A stretch of 64,000 nucleotides of DNA from NCBI RefSeq assembly GCF_000142905.1, contig NW_013657609.1:67185-131184 (forward strand), in the 5' to 3' direction. The notes beneath the pieces are model-generated. The model was not told the origin of the DNA, searched no databases, and worked only from the letters and a program-made list of their open reading frames with translations. The translations under genes were made by a program, and so were the position numbers. Below are positions 56,779 through 64,000 of this stretch, piece after piece. Positions within the stretch are counted from its first letter, which is position 1. The number at the start of each line of letters is the position of its first letter. The DNA is from Thecamonas trahens ATCC 50062 (taxonomy: Eukaryota > Protista > Apusomonadida).

Positions 56779-57389
56779 GTCATGTGCGCCGTCCCCGTCG
56801 GCGAGACGGCGGCGTGATCCCGTTATTTACCACCGCCCCCGTCACCGTCACCGCCACCACCAAACCCTCGCCCCTGTCACTCCCATGGCTCCCATGGCTC
56901 TCATCGCCACCATCATTCGACCACTGCCGCGACTACTGTTAGTCGCTACCACGCGCGGCCGGCTGAGCAAAGCGAAGCGGCAAGCGCCTTCCTTTGCCAA
57001 GAGCTCTGATGGCATCAACACAATCGGCTCCGGAGGAGCGGGATGCCACCCACGCCACCCGTTTGATGACGACATGCGACGACGACGACCCTGATCTCGG
57101 GTGTACACAAGCGCGCGGCTGCAGCTCATGTACACATGGGTCACCATGCCGGTGGGTACGATTTTGCGCGAGCAGTGGAGACCAGCGCAGTAAACGCGAG
57201 CTATGCAACGACTCGGGCAGCAAGCGAGAGTGTTGGAGCGTCCAACCGTTTGATGGCATCATCGCCACCAGCGGCCTCCATCACGCCGTCGCCCGCATCT
57301 TCGGCAAGTCCTCGCCAGTGTCAGCTCGGTCCGAGGCCAGGACGAGTCAGGCCACGCGGTCCGTCTACGCCATCATCTCACTCTATCCC

Positions 57390-58268
57390 ATGGGAGTGCA
57401 GCAACAGTTCGAGCACATGCTCGGCAGCCGTGGGCAAAGCGGCGAGTATGGCGTTGTACGGAGTGTGGTGGCTGTGACTCATCTGGCGGCCTCCCTCCTG
57501 CCTTTGGCAGTCATTGCCATAGCATGGCACAGTCGTCATTGGTGGCAATCACCTCCTGCTGCCACCATCATCATCATGGTCACCATCATCCATGGCATGA
57601 TACTCATGATTGCCCATGGATATGGCATGGGCTTCCTCTATGGTCGTCTATATCCACAGTTTCCCATGTTGGAGGAGATCTCCGTGACCGATGACGGGAA
57701 GAGGTGGTCGACTCGGCTGTGGTCGGACAACCAGCAGAACTCGTCCATCGTCATGGTGCAGGGCTATCAAGGCGATCAGGTGGCTACTGATCAAGCTTTT
57801 GCTGTTATGAGATGCATGCGGTGTCTCTTTGAAGATGCCCACTTTCAGCTCATCATCTACCTCATCCTCTCCTTCCCGGCCTTCCCCGTCACGCCCTGGG
57901 CCCTCATCCTCACCCTGGGCTTGCCCATCGAGTGCATCTTCTTGCGCATCTGGGGTCATGGTCAGTGGCGGGAGTATGCTGCGAATCGCTGCTCTGAAGC
58001 TCCGTGGCATCTCTTTTCCTCTCCGCAGTCCAAGATCGAGTCTATCCGCTTCTGGCTCGTCTTCTCCTTGCTCAAGATCGTGGCCACTGCCCTCGCTACC
58101 GTCTACTTTGTCCACGTTGTGTGCGGCGAGCCGCTCCATCTCCACACTGCCATGCTGCATATGAGTCCGATCCTCTTCTTTACCGTCTTTTCTCTGCCCT
58201 TTGGCTGGAAGCTGTTCTCACTCGACTGGCCACAGGAGCTGGTGCGTGCTGCCTCGTCGTCGTCGTAG
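57390..58268 (+). CDS. Hypothetical multi-pass membrane protein
   Basis: Open frame with ~6 hydrophobic segments; no family recognised; start guessed. Confidence 0.45.
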   Translation: MGVQQQFEHMLGSRGQSGEYGVVRSVVAVTHLAASLLPLAVIAIAWHSRHWWQSPPAATIIIMVTIIHGMILMIAHGYGMGFLYGRLYPQFPMLEEISVTDDGKRWSTRLWSDNQQNSSIVMVQGYQGDQVATDQAFAVMRCMRCLFEDAHFQLIIYLILSFPAFPVTPWALILTLGLPIECIFLRIWGHGQWREYAANRCSEAPWHLFSSPQSKIESIRFWLVFSLLKIVATALATVYFVHVVCGEPLHLHTAMLHMSPILFFTVFSLPFGWKLFSLDWPQELVRAASSSS

Positions 58269-58277
58269 CGTACGATC

Positions 58278-58862
58278 GTGTCGCGCGTGGCTATCGTGGG
58301 CGTCGAAGACATGTTTGAGCTCCATGCGCTGAGTGAGGACAACACGCTGGACGAGCCGCTTGCCGAGAAGCACGGCGGGAACGTGCGCTGTCGCTTCCGG
58401 CGCGTCTACTTCCGCGCCGTGCTCGAGTACATGTGGAACTCGACGGCTCCGGAGGAAGGCGACAACGGTACACTCGTCGTGCAACGCGACGATAGATTTG
58501 GTGGGTCTGTCGAGACCACGGCTTCCGATCTGGCACATGATTGGTGGTCCAAGACCGCCGTGTATGGTATTCTGCGTGGGATGGTGGGCGCTGTGAAGTT
58601 GTGGATTGGCAACAACGGATTCATGCAGTCGCACTCGACGTACTCAGCGTGCTTGCTCAACGCGAAGGCGACGATGGAAAACGATGTTGTGTATCCACTC
58701 AACAAGGAGATCTGGGAGGACATCGAGTTTGTTTACATGGCCAAAGACAAGAATCTGGCAACGATTCGGGCGACACGGTTCCGCCACCACAAGATCGACC
58801 TTCAGGTGCGCAACCAGGTCGATCCGGCGGATGCTAAGAAGGCGGGAAGCTCGCCAACGTGA
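58278..58862 (+). CDS. Hypothetical ORF or gene fragment
   Basis: 194 codons with globular-protein composition; no family recognised. Confidence 0.35.
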   Translation: MSRVAIVGVEDMFELHALSEDNTLDEPLAEKHGGNVRCRFRRVYFRAVLEYMWNSTAPEEGDNGTLVVQRDDRFGGSVETTASDLAHDWWSKTAVYGILRGMVGAVKLWIGNNGFMQSHSTYSACLLNAKATMENDVVYPLNKEIWEDIEFVYMAKDKNLATIRATRFRHHKIDLQVRNQVDPADAKKAGSSPT

Positions 58863-59620
58863 CCGTGCTCCGCTGCGGCGCGGATGGCCTCGTTGTGTCT
58901 GGCACCCGGATTGGCGGCCATCAACAAGGAAAAGCGCGACAACGCGAGCGTGACCGTTTCTCGAAGCCGAGATGATGGCGCCATCCCAGTCCCCGAACTC
59001 CTGGAAGATGAGGAAGAGGAGGACGACCTCGGCGTGGCCGTTGGCTGCTGCAGCCCAGAGAGCAAAGTTCAAGTCAAAAACGTCACCTGAGCCGACTTCG
59101 TTGTCGGTAAGGAGGATCTCAACAGTCTCCTTGTAACCATACAACGCAGCAGCGCGAAGCATCGCACCACGCTGTTGTGTGTCGCTGCATACACCAGCGT
59201 GGTGCAGGACTAATTCCATCAGAGTAACGTTGCCTGCAGCGGCAGCACAAGAGAACAACTTCTTCAAGTCACCAGGGGCGCGAGAGATCGCAGAATCGCT
59301 ACTGTCGAAGATCTCCAAGGCGACTTCGGCGTAACCGTACAGAGCAGCAATAGAGAGCGTTGACAAGACATCGTTTGGGTTGATCACCAGTGCCAACTTG
59401 TTGTCGTACCTATCTTTTGGTAGCGCGTCCGCCAACACTGTCGCTCCCAAGCGGGCGAGGTCAGAGACGAGCTTCTTCCAGATGTCCAACTCGGGCTGGG
59501 CGTTGCTGAAAACGGCCACGAGGGCCATAGGATCAGGCACATTCTCGGTCGCTTCGGCAAGGTAAGGCATGTTAGCGTAGCAAGCAGAGCTGGATGCTTT
59601 TACGCGATCGAGGCTGGGTA
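58850..59620 (-). pseudogene. Ankyrin-repeat gene fragment, frameshifted and truncated
   Basis: LSIAALYGYAEV, LRAAALYGYKETVEILL, ALWAAAANGHAEVV, AIISASRNGHARVV; next repeat ANPGARHNEAIRAAAEHGH is in another frame. Confidence 0.65.
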
Positions 59621-59621
59621 G

Positions 59622-61312
59622 GAGGGCGTCCTTCAGGTGTGCGCAGACGTGAGTTGGCACAACGCCCACTTCCCCAGCAGCCCTTCCGACGAGGATGTGA
59701 TCAAGTTTGCCGAGGCCATCGTCTCCTTCACACACTATCCGAGCGTGGCCAACACGTGTACTTCGCAGACACGGACAACCACAGAAGCCAGTGGCGATCC
59801 CATGCCGCTGCTAGCTGGTGCCAAGGTTGCCATCGGGCTTGACTCGCCACGCACCTCGTCCAAACTGGGTCGTGCCCTGTTGCCGATGGTGGCGCGCGGC
59901 GACGAGCCTGCGATGGTCCTGGACTACTTGTGTCGGCCAAGCTGGAGAAGCTCATGGATGGCAAGAACGTCATGGTCAGTAGCCACAGCGAGTTCAAGTC
60001 CTGTATCATCTACACAAGCAGCCGCCGCGGGGTCGACTTGAATCGGGCGCGCTTGATTGTAGTGGTTGGCCAGGACAAGATAACAGTGCGGCTCCTGCAG
60101 GCGCTGTACGCGGCGTCGGATGTAGCGGTCTCGGACACAGCCAAGTACTCGGTCGAGGGGCTCGGGATGCTGCGCGGGCGGGGCAGCCCGAGCGAGCTCG
60201 TGTACATTGATGCGGATGGTAATGATTGTATGCTGTGTCTCCCAGCCCGCCCCATCCACTACCACGAGTCCGCCTACGCCCGCAGGCCCACTGTTGCCGA
60301 GGAGTGGATCGTGCCCGCCAAGTTTGTCGAGGAGGACCAGTCGTCGGGCAAGGCGTCTCGCGCCGGGGGTGAGCTGATGCGCCGCTTCAAGGGCCGCGCA
60401 GAGCTCGAGAAGACGCGATCGGTCACGTTTTGGTGGCACCGGTCAAACAAGAAGCACCTCTGGGCGTATCCTCTCGAGGTTGTTGACAGGGGTGATGTGT
60501 CCTCTTCTTGGGCCGTTCTTGGACGCGAGTGTCTGGAGGCTGTGCCGGCGGACGACGATGCCAATGACGACAACAGCTGCGTCAAGGGCAATGTGACAAG
60601 CTTGGTTCAGTTTCTGGTATCGACAGATTGCGGCGCCGCCATCGACCAAGCGGTGGCCATGGGGTGCAAGCACTTGCGGATGTACGGGGTCCGCAAGCGG
60701 GTTCATGACACGGTGGCTGTCTTGAGCATGCCCGCCAGCTACGAGTGGCTGAACGCGGTCATTGCCACGGCCATCGCGTCGAACAAGAGCGACACACCGT
60801 TCAAGCGGCTGGCATTTATCGGCGACACGGTGCTCACCCTTATGGGTCGGATGCAGCTGTTCTCACTCGAGGACAGCGTCATGGATGTGGGTCCGATGGC
60901 GAGCGCCATGCAGGACCTGGAGTCACGGGAAGCGTGTCAACAGTATCTCAAGGCCACTGGCATGGATGATGTTGTGCTTTCGGACTCTTACGATATACAA
61001 GCCGAGGCCATCTTGGGTGCCATCTACCTGCTGTATGGCCTCGACGACACCGAGCGCGTCTGGCGTATGTTCGTGTCGGCAGTGGCCTTGGTAGACGATG
61101 CGGCGCCGAGCGGCTCAAGCACTTCAACGCTGAGAAGTGGCAAGCAGGAGAGGCAGCAGACCGTGACGACTCGTTTGATGGAATCCGTGGCGGCCTGGCA
61201 GGGAGCCGAGTTCGGAGTTCCAGACTCTGATGTCAGCCGGCACCATCGGAGAGGTGATCAACTGCTGCACCCAGCCTTACCCCCCGACTCGATCGACCGC
61301 ACCCGTTCTTGA
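59622..61312 (+). CDS. Divergent RNase III-domain protein with an upstream helicase-motif-like segment; frameshift at ~59929; possibly a pseudogene
   Basis: FKRLAFIGDTVL (canonical ERLEFLGD) and AEAILGAIYL; IYTSSRRGVDLNRARLIVV resembles SF2 motif V. Confidence 0.55.
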
Positions 61313-64000
61313 CAGCCCCAACTGCGACCCCCCCTTCCGGCCTGATCCACCGCCGACCAGATCTCACGGAGCTGTTGGGCTCGGTGCAGTGGCTACGCGC
61401 TTGCGAGTCAGCGTGGTGACCAAATCGAGGCGATCCGGGCCGAGCAGCTGCCGCCAAGGCGAGCCTCGACGAGGACGCAGCGATCGGCAGACGCGGATGA
61501 GATGGACGAGGCCACGGCGGGTGTGGTGTTGTGACAGAAGCGTCGATGTGCCCGGGTGGTTGGCGCGCATGATCGGAGAATGAGCCTGCTGCTAGGTTTG
61601 ACGGTGCTGTTGACGGCGAGCGTGAGCGCCGCGGGCGCAGCTGATGAGGTTGTCGCGGGCGATGCGGCGGCTGATGACGACTTTGGTGAGTGAAGCCGAT
61701 GGCGACGACGTCAGAGTTGGTCTTCTGCGAGGCACGGCGGACGGATGGACACGATTGTCGGCAAGGGGGGGAGCGACGATGCTGGCGTGATCGTGCGGTC
61801 TCGACACTCCTGCTGCGATGCCGTCGCAGCTCGGTGCCTGCGCCTGGCTTTTTGATTGTTAGTATTGTTAGAGCCTTCATCCAACGGATAGCGGTAGAGA
61901 GTGGTGTGAAAGGGTGGTGCTGTCTGCGTCATGGAAGATGGGATCGGGCTGATGGCCATGGTCCTCCGTACGGCTGTTGCTGTGGGGGCTTGTGTTCAGA
62001 GTATCTAGGGCGAGGGAGGGTGAGGGAGCGGTCGGCCAGTCGTATGCAAGTTGAGATGGCGATGGAAGGCGGGCATCAGCTCTGTTGAGTGCACAGAGGG
62101 GGTTCATGGCAGCCAGCTCGCCGACGAGGGATCTGCGGTCGTCCGACTCGGGGGAGGTGAGGCCCATGGGATCGGGGTCGTTTGTGGTTGGCTTTTTAGC
62201 GTCGGCCTTTGGGGGCGTCGGACGGGTGGCTGAGAAGGCGATGGGAGGCCGATGCGAGGGTGAGGTGGTAGATCGGGCTGGAGAGGATGTCCAGCATACG
62301 TGTGTGTGAGTGGGCTGTGTGCTCGCTTGCTGGGAGCTGGCGCGGCATGTGCGGCTCGGGTGTGGCGATGGGAGAGGGGATGGCTGGGGTCCGACTGAGG
62401 CATGGATGTGGTCAGAGTGTGCGCGATCTGGCGACGACGAGTCTGTTGAGGGGTGATGGCATGTGCTCGCTGTCGTCGAGCAACCGGATGTCCCATTCGT
62501 CTGGGCGGAGCAGGGCAGGGCTTTGTTGCTTCCGCTGGTAGCTTGATGGCGAGCTGGAACCGCAGCGCGCTCTTGAGGAAGGACGACGACGTTGCATCGA
62601 CCACCAGGGTGGTGGTGTCCAGGCTGCCGCGCGGCTGTGGTGGACGGAGCGTGGTCGGCTTGTTGTTTGCCCAGCCCATGAACGGCGTGGCAGTCGTCAT
62701 GCCAGCGGTAACGTCGGCGAGGATGACGATGGCGTTGGTGTCAGCAGTAATCGGCTGCGAGCGAGGGTGGGGTCGGCATGCGCAACGCCTCGATGGCAGA
62801 GATCAGATTGCGGCCGCGGGGCGTGAGCCAGGGTGCGTGTGCGGGCGGCGGCGATGAGGACAACGAGCGAGGGACATGGGTGGGGTTGGCAAGGTACGTC
62901 GTTGTCAGGTAGAGGTAGCACGACGCCCAGCAAAGCAGAGCTGGCCGGCTGACCGCGCTTGATCGAGGACGGTAAGGAGGACTGGCCGAAGCGGTGGGGA
63001 GGTGTGGGGGAGATCGGGATAAAGGAGGACAGAGTGTTGATGTGCGATGAGGGGTGATTGGATTGCAGAGGACGGTAGGGGTGGGCATGGATGGTTGAGC
63101 AGCAGCAGGTGATGGGGGTTGATGGGATGGATGGTCGGGCGTGGTGGTTGCAGGAGAGCGATGACGGTTGTGTGGCGGATGTGCGAGGCATGGTTGTGCT
63201 CGGCGCATGTGTCTGGGTCTCATCTTCAGCAACTGGAGGGAGCAGGCAGCGCCATCTGGCAATGTGTGGATGGCAGACAGGTCGCGGACGACGGCCAGTG
63301 CATGTGGGTGTTTGGGCTGGGACTGGGACTGGGTGGTGTGTAGGTAGATGATGATTGATTGCGGGGTGTGGGTGGTGAGGTTGTGTGATCAGTGGAGAAT
63401 TTGTGATGAGAATTTGTGATCAACGGCTGGCTGGCTGGGGTTGGTGGGATGTGGGTATGGCGAGCAAGTGGATGTGGATGTGGATGCATGTGTGTGTGTG
63501 GGGGGGGATGTGTCTGGTGATGATGGTGGTGGTGGTCGGCCTCGCGACGGCTGGCGAGTGATGGCAAGCGTGTCGAGGCTGGACGGCGGTGGTGCAATAA
63601 CCATAATCACCCCCTAGACCGCGACCAACCAATTCCGACCAAGTGCGCCACCCCGGCACCCCATCACTCCCATCGATCTCACGTAACAGCCTCTGTTAAC
63701 GCAGAGGGTTGTCAATTTCTGTGGCCAAACACGTGGTGGGGAGAGAACTGCTATCACAATGTGTGAAAACAGTCAACTTCTCCCAACCCACCGAGGCGGG
63801 CAACCCCTCACGAGCACTGGCGTGGGTCCGGGCTCTGGCTCTACGGCCAGGGCGCGGGCGCAGGCTGAAGCTAACAGCGGCAGCGCATGATACCAGCTAG
63901 AGACCGCGGCGACTTGGCAAGCAAGACGGCGCGGCATGGCGCGAGAGTGCGCTTGTTGAGTTGCACTGATGGCTCTTGCGAGCTAGGACAGGGCAAGTGG

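Noticed and set aside
61600-64000. Short minus-strand ORFs near the window end as a gene or transposon
   Set aside because: Fragmentary, with no recognisable domain, terminal repeats or splice pattern that I can support.

Overview
A gene-dense, GC-rich eukaryotic draft scaffold with 7 N-gaps. It has spliceosomal GT-AG introns (donor consensus GTAYGN), mostly near gene 5' ends. Introns and intergenic DNA are filled with poly-C/poly-G tracts and ATG/CAT-type low-complexity repeats. Style and gene content suggest an apusomonad such as Thecamonas, which is inference only. About 25 protein genes can be read: gamma-glutamyl hydrolase, Rpn13, an Arf GTPase, TCF25/Rqc1, two giant FG-GAP/Cys-rich/multi-TM surface proteins, an ANCHR-like CaaX protein, CutC, Rab32/38, syntaxin-16, AP-1 gamma, a RING-TRAF protein, a flavin amine oxidase, CARMIL, ZGRF1, DCTN3, a multi-FKBP-TPR protein, CTU2, a MYND/phosphagen-kinase-like protein, a peroxisomal hotdog thioesterase, and TPR and LRR proteins. 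The last ~7 kb is a mosaic of divergent or broken ORFs (ankyrin, RNase III-like). About nine single-base frameshifts, nearly all in short homopolymers, are most simply sequencing errors. The most unusual items are: a membrane-anchor + MYND + catalytically degenerate phosphagen kinase; a RING-TRAF protein ending in an RPA32C-like winged helix; a ~180-nt intergenic structured-RNA candidate with strand-biased G-U pairs; a degenerate helicase-motif + RNase III (Dicer-like) ORF; Rpn13 with a UIM; a Rab32 with switch-II Q->H; and a Rab32-Stx16-AP1gamma trafficking cluster. All family assignments come from motif recognition by eye, not from database searches.
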